Assembly (NCBI GenBank): GCA_965227295.1
Contig: OZ245742.1
Coordinates: 3,168,001-3,232,000, forward strand
From: Leptonemataceae bacterium
GTDB taxonomy: Bacteria; Spirochaetota; Leptospiria; Leptospirales; Leptonemataceae
Length of the DNA: 64,000 nt
Direction: 5' to 3'
Within the stretch, counting starts at the first letter, position 1. Every line of letters begins with the position of its first letter. A program made the translations under genes and the position numbers. The notes under the pieces were generated by a model that was not told the origin of the DNA, ran no database searches, and saw only the letters and a program-made list of their open reading frames with translations. Positions 1 through 9,521 of the stretch are shown here, in pieces.

Positions 1-2
1 TA

Positions 3-74
3 AAAACGTACTCCGGTGATGAGAGCCTGGCGTTGTTCGACGGCGAGTTGTGCCTGCGTGATGTCTTCGGCTGA
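3..74 (+). CDS. 3' end of a gene running in from the left edge, possibly a Uma2-family endonuclease
   Basis: Frame 3 reads KTYSGDESLALFDGELCLRDVFG*, resembling Uma2 C-termini; only 23 codons are visible. Confidence 0.3.
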   Translation, partial: KTYSGDESLALFDGELCLRDVFG

Positions 75-116
75 GCGTCTCCGTACAAAGCTGCATTCAT
101 CTTTTGCAATCTTGCG

Positions 117-145
117 TTGACGACGATTCGCGGCGCGTGTAGCGT
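117..145 (+). promoter_or_regulatory. Sigma70-like promoter, probably giving a leaderless mRNA
   Basis: TTGACG (117-122), 17 bp spacer, TAGCGT (140-145), then 5 nt to the ATG at 151; no SD. Confidence 0.5.
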
Positions 146-150
146 TCGTC

Positions 151-1623
151 ATGCGCCAGTTCCTGTTACTGCTCCTCGTTTGCCCCTTCACCGCGCCGCT
201 CTTTGCCGATACCATCACGCACGACCGCCTGAGAGCGGAGTTGCCCGGCAATTGGAAGACCGCCGTCGATTCGAAGGGCAACGTCCTGCGAGCGCAGCCG
301 GATTTCGCACCGAACGCGGGGCTCATCTTCGGCGCCTCGCAGGAATACCTCAACGGCACGGCGCCCCTTTCGCTAACGAGTGCCGCGCAGAAGCTTGAGA
401 GCGGGCGTACGTTGCTTAAGGCGTTTCCGCCTCAGCCGCAAAGCGGGCTTACGAAGTCCGGCTACGGTTACGCCTTTCAGAGTCGCATCAGTCGCGGCAA
501 GAATGCGAAGGACGTATGGTATGCGGCCTACTATACGTTTCCCGCGGGCGCGCGCTTTCAGACCATCGTGGCGCTCGCGCGAAGTAACGCGGATTTTCAG
601 AAGATTGTTGAACAGGTTTCACCTGCCCTGGACGCGTCCGTGCAGGTAGAACTTCCGCGCGCAATTGTGCCGAAGGTTGCCGGGGTACGGGGTTCCGTAA
701 AGTTTTTTAACTTTTCGATCGAGCTTCCGGCGGACTGGCGGATCGCGGAGCAGGTCTTTGCGCATCAGCTTCGTTACACGTCACCGGTGAAGCGACAGAT
801 GTTCGCCGTGGATCCGTTTCCGGTCGTAATGGAACTACAGACCAGCCGCCCTGTGGATCCTCAGGCGGCGCTCGCTTCGTTTTTGTTGCGGCGGGCCGTG
901 TGGAACTATCGCGGAAGCTACAGCAGCAGCGTGCAGCCGCAGATCGTCGCCGCGAGTGACGGTCGACTTTCGAACGGCCTGGACTTCGTGAGCCTGGTGA
1001 TCGACCGCGGTTATAAGTACAAAGACGACGACTCGTATCGCAGCGCCGGTTATCTCGTCTACGGCCCCGGTTATTCGTTGTTGATCGGCACGTCGATTCA
1101 ATTCGACGACTACAGCCGAAACTTCAAGCCCAAAGAGACGCGGGCGGACTTTCAGAAGTGGTCCGAGCTTTTCGAAAGCCTGCCGGCGCATCTCGCTACC
1201 CTGCAATTCAACAACGATGCCGTTCAACGCCGGGAGGACGTCGAGAAGTGGCTGCGGGAAAAAAAGACGTTTCGTTATCGCAGCGAGACGAGCGCGTCTT
1301 CCGGCGACGTTTCGTTTTATGCGAGCACCGACGTTCAATGGGACTTCGGCGCCGACAACAGCGTGCGGTACGACATGGAACGGGAGCGCGGTTTCAACGC
1401 CCTGGACTTCGACAGCATCGGCCGGCCCGACTATTCCTCGGGTTATCTGAGCGGAGACGCCGGCACGAAGAATCGGCCGGCCGTGTTTTCCGTATGGCAG
1501 GGCCCCGGCGACGAGGCCTATATCGTGGTGACGTACCCGTCCGGCCTGTCGACGTTCCACACGCTGCAAATCGCGGGGAACGCCTTTCAGATCGACGGCT
1601 ACCGCGACGGTTGTTGTCGTTGA
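151..1623 (+). CDS. Secreted hypothetical protein (490 aa)
   Basis: Signal peptide MRQFLLLLLVCPFTAPLFA-D; long ORF; no family recognised. Confidence 0.8.
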   Translation: MRQFLLLLLVCPFTAPLFADTITHDRLRAELPGNWKTAVDSKGNVLRAQPDFAPNAGLIFGASQEYLNGTAPLSLTSAAQKLESGRTLLKAFPPQPQSGLTKSGYGYAFQSRISRGKNAKDVWYAAYYTFPAGARFQTIVALARSNADFQKIVEQVSPALDASVQVELPRAIVPKVAGVRGSVKFFNFSIELPADWRIAEQVFAHQLRYTSPVKRQMFAVDPFPVVMELQTSRPVDPQAALASFLLRRAVWNYRGSYSSSVQPQIVAASDGRLSNGLDFVSLVIDRGYKYKDDDSYRSAGYLVYGPGYSLLIGTSIQFDDYSRNFKPKETRADFQKWSELFESLPAHLATLQFNNDAVQRREDVEKWLREKKTFRYRSETSASSGDVSFYASTDVQWDFGADNSVRYDMERERGFNALDFDSIGRPDYSSGYLSGDAGTKNRPAVFSVWQGPGDEAYIVVTYPSGLSTFHTLQIAGNAFQIDGYRDGCCR

Positions 1624-1657
1624 ACCGTCGCGGCCGTTAGATTGTACGGAACGAAAC

Positions 1658-2200
1658 TTACTGAGTCCCGCCGCCTTCCACGCGGGCCTTGAGGCCCTGG
1701 AGGCCTTCGCCCATGGCGTCGGTCATCATGCCTTTCAACATGGCCAGCATGTACCGTTGTACCAGGGGAATGCCGTGCATCTGCGTTTCATCGTGCCAGA
1801 CCACCTCGGTCTTGCCGTCGACCTCGCTTAACTCGAAGTAGCCTTCCGATGTACCCATGCCCTCTTCCATGTTGATGGAGTACGACATCCGTTTGCCGGG
1901 TTGATAGTCCTGCACCGTCAACGTGCCGACGGTCTGCGGACTATCCCAGGTCATGGACGAACCGGCGCCCTGTTCGGGACCGCCGTAGGTGTATTCGACA
2001 CCTGGCAGCGTTTCCGCGTTCCAGGCCGTCCACTCCGGCCACGTACGTAGTTTTGCGATGGGCTGGAAGACTTCCTGAGCCGGCGCCGTGACGGTGATAC
2101 GTTGTTCTACGACGGCCGTGTTCGGCAAAAAGAGTGCGATGAGCAAGAGCAGGGCGATAAGGCCGCCCAGGGCGATGGTGATGTACTTTATGATTTTCAT
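1658..2200 (-). CDS. SRPBCC (polyketide cyclase/START-like) family protein with N-terminal membrane anchor
   Basis: TM helix, then V-E-x-x-I-T-V-x-A-P..WPEWTAW..GAGSSMTW pattern; GGAGG SD upstream. Confidence 0.85.
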   Translation of the reverse strand: MKIIKYITIALGGLIALLLLIALFLPNTAVVEQRITVTAPAQEVFQPIAKLRTWPEWTAWNAETLPGVEYTYGGPEQGAGSSMTWDSPQTVGTLTVQDYQPGKRMSYSINMEEGMGTSEGYFELSEVDGKTEVVWHDETQMHGIPLVQRYMLAMLKGMMTDAMGEGLQGLKARVEGGGTQ

Positions 2201-2326
2201 GGTTCCTCCAGGGACACGCGTACCGCGAGCGGTGAAAATAACAATTAAAAAACAGGTTAAGTATTAATTCGTGCGTGCGCGCAATATGTCGTTGCTTTCG
2301 CCGCGGCCTGATCTCTCCCTTCCAGT

Positions 2327-3634
2327 ATGCACTCCCAGGAATCCTTTGATGCCGAATACGGCATGTACATCGACGCCGAGGCCAACCGAACGCTGCGCCG
2401 GGCGGGTTTCTGGGCCGCCGTGCTCGGCTACGTCTGTACGTTGGGCATCGGCAGCAGCATGTTCGCCGGCGCGACACGGTCCATGGAGGTCCCGCTGATC
2501 TGGGCGTTCATCTGCGGCCTCTACTGCACCGCCGTCTACTTGCTTGCCCGGGCCGGAAGTATTCGCGGTGTGATGACTTACGGCGTGGTCTTCGGCTTCG
2601 TCTCGCTGCCTTCGGTCATTTACGTACTGAGTTTCTTCTTATTGGAATCGGGCACGGCGACGTACATCACCGGGCCGCCTTCGTATCTATATTTTGCCGT
2701 CGTCATCCTCAGTGGGTTCGCCCTGAATCCGCGCCTGACGATTTTCGCGGGCCTGGTCGGTAGTTTGCAGTACACGGTGGCCGTGCTGCTGGCCGGCAGA
2801 GGATTGCAGAGCATCCAGGCCGCGGACCCGCTGCTGCGTCAGGATCTGGTCGCTTTTCCGATCTACGCGTTTAAGTGCGTGTTGTTGTTCTTTTGCGGCA
2901 TATTTATGGGGACCTTTGCGAATACGGCCCGTCGTCTGATTGCGCGCATTCGTTCCGAAGAACGCGAGAAGTCGGCCATCAGCGGTTTGTTCGGTCAGTA
3001 TGTTTCGGAAGATGTGAAAGACCGCATCATCAGCGAAAAGAGCGGGACCATCGGTGAGCTGCGCATGGTGGCGGTGCTCTTTTGTGACATTCGCGGATTT
3101 ACGGCCTTCAGCGAACGTAACAGTCCGGCGGATGTGGTCACGCAGTTGAACGAGTACTTCGACGTGATGGTCGATGCGATTGCGCTGGAACAGGGCACGG
3201 TGGATAAATTCATCGGCGACGCGGTGATGGCCTACTTCGGCGGCCTGGTCGCACTGGAAGGACCGTGTAACGCGGCGTTTCGATCTGCCGTCGGTATGCG
3301 CCGCGGACTTTCGCGATTGAATCAACTCCGGGGCGAACGCGGACTCAGCCCGATTGAGAACGGCATCGGCCTGCACTTCGGGGAAGTGCTACAGGGCACC
3401 ATCGGCAGTGAAGATCGCAAAAACTTTTCGATCATCGGCGATAGTGTGAACACCGCCGCGCGGATCGAAGGATTGTGCGGCCGTTTGGGCAAGGCGATCC
3501 TGGTATCGGAAGGTTTTTATGCGGAACTGGGGTCGGAGGAACGCGCGTTGTGCCGGCCGGTGGGCCCGGAGCGGTTAAAGGGCAAAGAAGGGCCGCTCCA
3601 GCTCTACGAGATCGTCGAAACCTCGTTCGGCTAA
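2327..3634 (+). CDS. Membrane-bound class III adenylate/guanylate cyclase
   Basis: About 6 TM helices, then LFCDIRGFT, DKFIGDAVM and IGDSVNTAARIEG motifs. Confidence 0.9.
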   Translation: MHSQESFDAEYGMYIDAEANRTLRRAGFWAAVLGYVCTLGIGSSMFAGATRSMEVPLIWAFICGLYCTAVYLLARAGSIRGVMTYGVVFGFVSLPSVIYVLSFFLLESGTATYITGPPSYLYFAVVILSGFALNPRLTIFAGLVGSLQYTVAVLLAGRGLQSIQAADPLLRQDLVAFPIYAFKCVLLFFCGIFMGTFANTARRLIARIRSEEREKSAISGLFGQYVSEDVKDRIISEKSGTIGELRMVAVLFCDIRGFTAFSERNSPADVVTQLNEYFDVMVDAIALEQGTVDKFIGDAVMAYFGGLVALEGPCNAAFRSAVGMRRGLSRLNQLRGERGLSPIENGIGLHFGEVLQGTIGSEDRKNFSIIGDSVNTAARIEGLCGRLGKAILVSEGFYAELGSEERALCRPVGPERLKGKEGPLQLYEIVETSFG

Positions 3635-3651
3635 TCTTCTACGAGACGATG

Positions 3652-4236
3652 TTACGAAACTTCCGGAGTGAAGCCCGGAAGCGCGGCGACGTCGAAGCTC
3701 CACTCCGGCACGATGTTTGATGTGACGCTGCCGCTTTCGGCCGCGCCGCTGATGAGCGCATAGCGTTCCCGGGTCTCCGCGCGACCGAACACTTCAATGA
3801 TGCGGTGGGCCGGGTCCACCAGCCACAGCTCGGGCACACCGTGTTTTTCGTAGAGTTCACGTTTGCGATTGCGGTCTTTCAACGCCGTGGAGGGCGAGAG
3901 GATTTCGATGACCAGGTCCGGCGCACCGAAGACACCCCGTCGCCGAATGCGATCGGCGTGTTCCGTACTCACGAACAGAACGTCCGGTTGCAGCACCGTG
4001 TGCTTTGAAAGCACGACATCGATGGGCGCCCAGAAGACTTCTCCGAGGTTTCGCTCGCGGACGTGCGCCCACAACGAAGTTCCCAGATCCCGGGACGCCG
4101 TCTGGTGGGACGTCTCAGGGGCCGGCATTTGAAGCAGATCCCCTTCGAGAACCTCGTAGCGCGCCCCGTCTTCGAGGGCGTAGTAGTCCTCGTAAGACCA
4201 GGAATGAGAAGAAACATCGGCACGTTGCACAGCCAT
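3652..4236 (-). CDS. Uma2-family (PD-(D/E)xK) endonuclease
   Basis: RYEVLEG..PAP..HQ, LQPDVLFV, GAPDLVIEILSPST..DR..K..LY..GVPELWLVDP. Confidence 0.9.
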   Translation of the reverse strand: MAVQRADVSSHSWSYEDYYALEDGARYEVLEGDLLQMPAPETSHQTASRDLGTSLWAHVRERNLGEVFWAPIDVVLSKHTVLQPDVLFVSTEHADRIRRRGVFGAPDLVIEILSPSTALKDRNRKRELYEKHGVPELWLVDPAHRIIEVFGRAETRERYALISGAAESGSVTSNIVPEWSFDVAALPGFTPEVS

Positions 4237-4295
4237 GACCTCGGACTCCGAAGAACAAAGTTGGGAAAGAGAAGAAAGTCAACATAAATCTGGCC

Positions 4296-4778
4296 TCAGG
4301 CAACACGGCAGGTGTTCCGGGGGAGGGGCCGCCGGTAGAGAGAGACACCACGCCGGTACAGATGCGGCAACAGCGGATACGGGCTGATGCCGTCAGCGGT
4401 CCGCTCTTCGGGGGACACGACAAAACGTACGGGGAGATCGTCCGCCATTGTCGGAAACCAGCGTTGCAATCGGAGTTCCAGTTCTCTGAGGGTTGCCGGT
4501 GACGGGCCGACCTCTTCGCTATCGAGGAAGATGCCCATCAAGTAGAACCGTGTTTCGGCGAAGCGGTCGGAGGTTTCCTCGCGCAGCGCGGATTCACGGA
4601 GCAGATTCACACGAGCCAGCGCGATGCATCGTACCGAAGTGAGTTTGAGGTGACTGACGAGCACCTGTAACGTGGCGCTCCAGTTGTACGGCACGGCAAA
4701 GTCCGTCGACAACCGGCACACGGCAGTACCGGCGCCGGCGAGGTATTGTTTGAGTTCGGGGATGTTGTTGAGTTGCAT
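4296..4778 (-). CDS. Hypothetical protein with a C-terminus resembling minimal nucleotidyltransferases
   Basis: 160 aa ORF filling the gap; ends VRFVVSPEE..PLLPHLYRRGVSLY; no GS-DxD catalytic motif. Confidence 0.5.
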   Translation of the reverse strand: MQLNNIPELKQYLAGAGTAVCRLSTDFAVPYNWSATLQVLVSHLKLTSVRCIALARVNLLRESALREETSDRFAETRFYLMGIFLDSEEVGPSPATLRELELRLQRWFPTMADDLPVRFVVSPEERTADGISPYPLLPHLYRRGVSLYRRPLPRNTCRVA

Positions 4779-4862
4779 GCGGAGGGATGGGGTAAAACCA
4801 TCCGATCGTTGCGCACTTTTTTCCGGTGTGCGGAAAATTTTACAGGAAGATGCGGCGGAGCG

Positions 4863-6191
4863 TTACAACGTAAAGTCGTGGAGTTGGTCCAGGCGTTGCG
4901 CCAGGAGACGCGCCAGGAAGATGCCGTAGTGCGGATGGTTCTTGATGGCGTTGATGAAGTTTTCTTTCGAAATGCGCATGCATACGCCGCGGCCGCGAGA
5001 GACGACGCGGGCGGAGCGGCGATTGTTTAGCAGAAAGGACATCTCGCCCAGAAAGATGTCGGCGTGGCTCAGCGTGGAGATGGTGCGTCCGCCGGCAATG
5101 ATGTCGAAGCGGCCGGAGATGATGTAGTAGAGATGACTGGAATGATCGCCCTGTTCGAAGACGACCTCGCCGTCTTCGAAGGCGACCTCTTCCTGGTTTT
5201 CAAAGACCCCGGGTACGATGTTCGACTCGTGATGCAGGTGATCGATCTCGAACGAGACCTCGTTGCCCTTGTCGTTGTAGCTCAGTTTTTCCAGGTAGTA
5301 GTCGGCGACCAGTAAGCCGCGGCCGTGGTAACGATGAGCGCCGGGATGTTCCCCGCTGCTTTCCGCATCCAGGGATTCATTGCGCGCTTCCTGCAGGCGC
5401 GAGCGCCAGTCGAAGCCGTCGCCCTCATCGCGAATGCGAAAGCTGGATTTCTGCGGGGTGATGCGATACGTCACATGGACCTTGCGCGCGCGGATGGCCG
5501 GGTCCTCGTTTTTTTCACGCACCAGTTCCAGGATGTCCGGCGTATGCGCCAGGAATTTCGTCTTCTCTTCGAACGTGATACGGCAGTTGCCGTGCTCGAT
5601 GGCGTTGATCAACAACTCCACCATGGCCGAGTAGAAGTCTTCTTTCTGTTCGTAGTTCACCAGGTTGGAATTGTACAGAAAGTTCGCCAGCAGATTCGAG
5701 TAGGTCGTGACGTCGAAGGGATCGTTGTCGATGACGAATTGTCCGGAGAGATTCGACTGGAGCAGGGCGTGAATGTCCCGCTGAAACAGGATGCTGCGAT
5801 TCTGTTGCAATACGTTCAGCACCCGCGTGAGATACGGTTCCAGGCGGGAGCGGCGAATGAGCGCGATGATGTTGATGCCGGCAAGGCGGTTCTGGAGTTC
5901 TTCTTCGACCTCGGTGTCGTAGACGATGATGCTGCCGCCGAAGTGCAGCCAGGGATCGGTCTTGATCGCGTCCAGCGCGCGCTGGACCTGGAGGCGTGAA
6001 TCCGGGTAATGGACGATGTCGATTTCCGGGAACTCGTAGTTGAGATACTGGATGAAGTCTTCTTCTTTCTCGTGAAACGCCGGTACAAACTCGGCCTCGC
6101 CTTCCTGCTCGTCGCCCCCGAAGGATGCGCAGACCCGCTCGATGATCGCGTTGACTTCGGCGTCGGTACTCAGGATCGCGATGTTCCGCAT
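4863..6191 (-). CDS. Receiver-like + RsbW-like HATPase + cyclic-nucleotide-binding domain protein
   Basis: ELLINAIEHGN (N box), IRDEGDGFDW (G1), HGRGL (G2); C-terminal FEQGD..LYYIISG..GEMSFL..RSARV; start placed at MRNIAIL. Confidence 0.85.
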   Translation of the reverse strand: MRNIAILSTDAEVNAIIERVCASFGGDEQEGEAEFVPAFHEKEEDFIQYLNYEFPEIDIVHYPDSRLQVQRALDAIKTDPWLHFGGSIIVYDTEVEEELQNRLAGINIIALIRRSRLEPYLTRVLNVLQQNRSILFQRDIHALLQSNLSGQFVIDNDPFDVTTYSNLLANFLYNSNLVNYEQKEDFYSAMVELLINAIEHGNCRITFEEKTKFLAHTPDILELVREKNEDPAIRARKVHVTYRITPQKSSFRIRDEGDGFDWRSRLQEARNESLDAESSGEHPGAHRYHGRGLLVADYYLEKLSYNDKGNEVSFEIDHLHHESNIVPGVFENQEEVAFEDGEVVFEQGDHSSHLYYIISGRFDIIAGGRTISTLSHADIFLGEMSFLLNNRRSARVVSRGRGVCMRISKENFINAIKNHPHYGIFLARLLAQRLDQLHDFTL

Positions 6192-6291
6192 AGCCTCATT
6201 TCCACGAGCGCGCATCCGGGCGGCAATCAGAATTTCCGGACACGCCCGGGAAAGGGTGGACCCACCGGACGCCGGACGTAGCGTCTGTACT

Positions 6292-7731
6292 ATGGAGCAG
6301 CGCGTAAAGTATACGAAGATCATTGCCACCCTCGGCCCGTCCTCCTCCAACGAAGACAACATCCGCTCCCTGATCCGTGCCGGGGCCGACTGCTTTCGAT
6401 TGAACTTCTCTCACGGTGACGGCGAAAGCATGATGCCGCTCATCGAAACCGTGCGCCGGGTGTCCCGCCAGGAAGGTGCAACCATTGCGCTACTCGCCGA
6501 TATCCAGGGACCGAAGCTGCGCATCGGCCGGCTCGCGGAAGAAGGCGTCCTTTTGGTTGAAGGCAACGACTTTGTGATCACCACCAGGGACATCGATACG
6601 GGGGACGAAAGCATCGTACACTCCTCGTATCAAAAGTTGCCGGCGGACGTGCGGCCCGGGGCGCGACTGTTGCTCGCGGACGGCACCATCGAACTCCAGG
6701 TGCTGCGCATCGAAAAGGAAACGGACATTGTAACGAAGGTCGTTCGCGGCGGGCAGTTGTTTTCGAACAAAGGGCTGAATCTTCCCGGCACTAACTTAAG
6801 CATAGAAACACTTACGGAAAAAGATCAGCGGGATCTTCGGTTCATCGCCACGCATACGGATATCGACATGGTCGCCGTCTCGTTTGTCCGCCGCGCCGAG
6901 GACCTGCACCGGGCCCGGGAGTTGCTCGGCGATGCGCGCATTCCCGTCATGGCGAAGCTGGAACGCCCGGAGGCGCTCGAAAACATTCAGGGTATATTAA
7001 AGGCCTCGGACGGCATCATGATCGCGCGCGGGGACCTGGGCGTGGAGGTGGAGTTCGAGCGCGTACCGTTCATTCAAAAAGAAATCTTACGCGAGGCGAC
7101 CATGCGCGGCAAGTGGGCCGTCGTTGCCACGGAGATGCTGCGTTCCATGGTGCGCGCCAATCGCCCCAGCCGCGCCGAGGTCACCGATGTGGCCAACGCC
7201 GTCCTGGACGGCGCCGATGCGGTCATGCTCTCGGAGGAAACGGCCGTGGGCAGCCATCCGTCCGTGGTCGTCGAAGCGATGCTGCGCATTACCGCCGAGG
7301 CGGCGCGGGCCCAGCGCATCGAGCGGCCCAGTTTCGAAGAGGACATGATTTCGTTTTCCGCGGGGGCCGCCGGCGCCGCCGTGAGCGCGGCCGAGCGCCT
7401 GAAGGCCTGCGCCATCGTGGCTCTGGCCGGCTCGAACCTGACGGCCTTGCTGTTATCGAAGTGGCGTTCCAATGTACCGATTATCGCCTTAAGTTCCGGC
7501 GAACCGACCTTACGCCGGCTGAACGTCCTGCGCGGGGTCATCCCGCTGTCCATCCACGATAAGGCCGGCATGGACCGGCAGATCGAAGCGGCCGATGCGT
7601 ATCTTACGCAGCGAGCGGGCGCGAGTCCGGGAGATACCATTGTAGTCGTCGGCGCAATCCCCCTGGGCGAGGGGCGGGAGACGAACTCCATTCGCTTTCA
7701 CAAGATTCGGCCGCCGGAGAATGCCTGGTGA
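6292..7731 (+). CDS. pyk: Pyruvate kinase
   Basis: TKIIATLGP, RLNFSHG, DIQGPKLR, DGIMIARGDLGVE, RAEVTDVANAVLDGADAVMLSEET. Confidence 0.97.
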   Translation: MEQRVKYTKIIATLGPSSSNEDNIRSLIRAGADCFRLNFSHGDGESMMPLIETVRRVSRQEGATIALLADIQGPKLRIGRLAEEGVLLVEGNDFVITTRDIDTGDESIVHSSYQKLPADVRPGARLLLADGTIELQVLRIEKETDIVTKVVRGGQLFSNKGLNLPGTNLSIETLTEKDQRDLRFIATHTDIDMVAVSFVRRAEDLHRARELLGDARIPVMAKLERPEALENIQGILKASDGIMIARGDLGVEVEFERVPFIQKEILREATMRGKWAVVATEMLRSMVRANRPSRAEVTDVANAVLDGADAVMLSEETAVGSHPSVVVEAMLRITAEAARAQRIERPSFEEDMISFSAGAAGAAVSAAERLKACAIVALAGSNLTALLLSKWRSNVPIIALSSGEPTLRRLNVLRGVIPLSIHDKAGMDRQIEAADAYLTQRAGASPGDTIVVVGAIPLGEGRETNSIRFHKIRPPENAW

Positions 7732-7834
7732 AGTGTCCCGCCGGTTCCGATATTGCAAGGAAGCGATCAAAATCAGCTTGAATGGGAGGCATTACAAGGT
7801 ATGCTTCAGATTAAATTAGTCTGGAGGCAGTCGA

Positions 7835-8271
7835 ATGTCGAAAGAATCACAACTGGAATTTGCGTATCGCTCCTTTGATGATGGAGTGACCGCGGTGCAC
7901 TCGATAGATTCCAAAGTCAGAGTGTTTCTGACAATCCTGTTCGTCGGAGCAACGATTTCGGGGACATTGCTCCGAGCCGTCTATGATTTTGAGCCTCTGA
8001 TTGGTCCGATCCTTTGCGGAGCAAAAAGATCAAACAACTGAGCGAGGATCAGATCATTGAGATTTTGAGCTATGAACGACTAAAATTTCAATTGACCTGG
8101 ACACGAAAGCACGATAAATTTAAGGCCGGGTGTATATGCGGCATCGTTTTCCTTGTATTCTTTACGGTCGCCGCATCCATGGAATGGTATTTGGGGTATT
8201 ATGATCAGGTCCCTGAAATCGCTGAATGCCGCGCTCAAGTCGCTGAAGACACGTGCCTCTCATCCCGATGA
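7835..8271 (+). pseudogene. Split or internally deleted membrane protein, PycTM/DUF5706-like (ORFs 7835-8041 and 8014-8271)
   Basis: GGAGG SD and ATG; IDSKV then a TM helix in ORF1; QIIEILSYE..TRKHDKFK then a TM helix in the overlapping frame; AT-richer than flanks. Confidence 0.4.
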
Positions 8272-8776
8272 CGAGTATATTCATGCGGCCTGTGTCGATG
8301 CCATTGCCACGGCGGAGGAAGGTAACTTCGGTGTCGGAGCACTCCTGGTTGACGATAAAGGGTGCATTGTCTCCCGCGGACGCAACCGGGTGTTTCGACC
8401 GCACTTTCGGAGTGATTTGCATGCGGAAATGGATGCCATGAATCAATATGAGGACGCTCAAGCGAGCCGGCCGCGCTCAAGACTTGAGCAGTTCGTCATG
8501 TATACAACTCTGGAGCCGTGCCCGATGTGCACGGCGCGTTTGATCACGGCCGGAGTCGGGACTGTTAAGTTCGGGGCGCCGGACAAACTCGGAGGAATGG
8601 CTTCTCGAATCGGCCAGCTCCCGCCTGTTTGGACGGATCTGGCCTCGGGCATCACGTTTACGCGAGCGGATTGTTCTCCTGAGCTTTCAGAGCTTTGCTT
8701 TGCAATTTTCGCCGCCCGACGCAAAGTTCTCGACGGTCAAATTGGAGCGCCGGTCGCCGCACGTTCGAGTATGTGA
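8201..8776 (+). CDS. Nucleoside/nucleotide deaminase (CDA/TadA-like zinc deaminase)
   Basis: GNFGVGALLV, LHAEM and TTLEPCPMC zinc motifs. Confidence 0.9.
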   Translation: MIRSLKSLNAALKSLKTRASHPDDEYIHAACVDAIATAEEGNFGVGALLVDDKGCIVSRGRNRVFRPHFRSDLHAEMDAMNQYEDAQASRPRSRLEQFVMYTTLEPCPMCTARLITAGVGTVKFGAPDKLGGMASRIGQLPPVWTDLASGITFTRADCSPELSELCFAIFAARRKVLDGQIGAPVAARSSM

Positions 8777-8795
8777 CTGCCTCCTGTCATAAATT

Positions 8796-9515
8796 ATGAG
8801 AAAATCCGCCGTCCTCATCGGGGCCAGCGGCCTCGTGGGCCGGCACCTGTTGCATCATCTTATTGCCGACGAAACCTACGATCGCCTGCTAACCATCGGT
8901 CGTCGTACGTTAAGCGAATACGCGGACGAACGCAAACTCACGCAGCAGCAAATGGAACTCGACGCCTTCACCCTGGCTGTGGACGGCGGTGCGCCGTTGC
9001 CGTTTCTCGAAGAGCTGCGCGGGGACAGCATCGACGTATTTTGCACGCTGGGAACCACGATGAAGGCGGCCGGTTCGAAGCGGGCCTTCGAACTGGTGGA
9101 TCTGCACGCCCCGGTGGCGGCGGCCCAGGCTGGCGCGCGCTACGGAGCCCGGCAGTTCCTGATCGTCACTGCCGTGGGGGCGGACGCCGGTTCGGGGATC
9201 TACTACAACAAAATCAAGGGCCGCGTGGAAGACAGTCTGCGTACGGTATGTGCGGCCGGGAAATACATCGCCGTGCACATCTTCCGTCCGTCGCTGTTGC
9301 TGGGAGAACGCTCCGGGCAGGGACTGCGCATCGGTGAAGAAGCCGGTAAGATCGCCGGCGCGATGCTCGGGCCGTTCCTGAGCTTCGGCGGACTGCGTCG
9401 TTACAAACCGATCCAGGGCCGCACCGTGGCTCGCGCGATGTTGCGTTGCGCGCACGCCGCGGATAGCGGCATGCACGTCTACGAAAACGAAACCATCGCG
9501 AAGCTCGGCGAGTAA
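8796..9515 (+). CDS. NAD(P)-binding oxidoreductase (YraR/TIP30-like)
   Basis: GASGLVG, FCTLGTT..AGS..F..VD, YNKIKGRVE, IFRPSLLLGER. Confidence 0.9.
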   Translation: MRKSAVLIGASGLVGRHLLHHLIADETYDRLLTIGRRTLSEYADERKLTQQQMELDAFTLAVDGGAPLPFLEELRGDSIDVFCTLGTTMKAAGSKRAFELVDLHAPVAAAQAGARYGARQFLIVTAVGADAGSGIYYNKIKGRVEDSLRTVCAAGKYIAVHIFRPSLLLGERSGQGLRIGEEAGKIAGAMLGPFLSFGGLRRYKPIQGRTVARAMLRCAHAADSGMHVYENETIAKLGE

Positions 9516-9521
9516 GGCCGC

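Noticed and set aside
2327..3634. Cyclase as a Pycsar pyrimidine cyclase partnering the 7835 membrane ORF
   Set aside because: It has ordinary membrane adenylate cyclase motifs (DKFIGD Lys) and is over 4 kb away with unrelated genes between
4244..4260. Degenerate family A arm upstream of the Uma2 gene
   Set aside because: Only 13/17 match and no partner inverted arm
8015..8035. Programmed -1 frameshift joining ORFs 7835 and 8014
   Set aside because: GCAAAAAG has only five A's, not the canonical A-AAA-AAG, and no clear stimulator; deletion or decay is more likely
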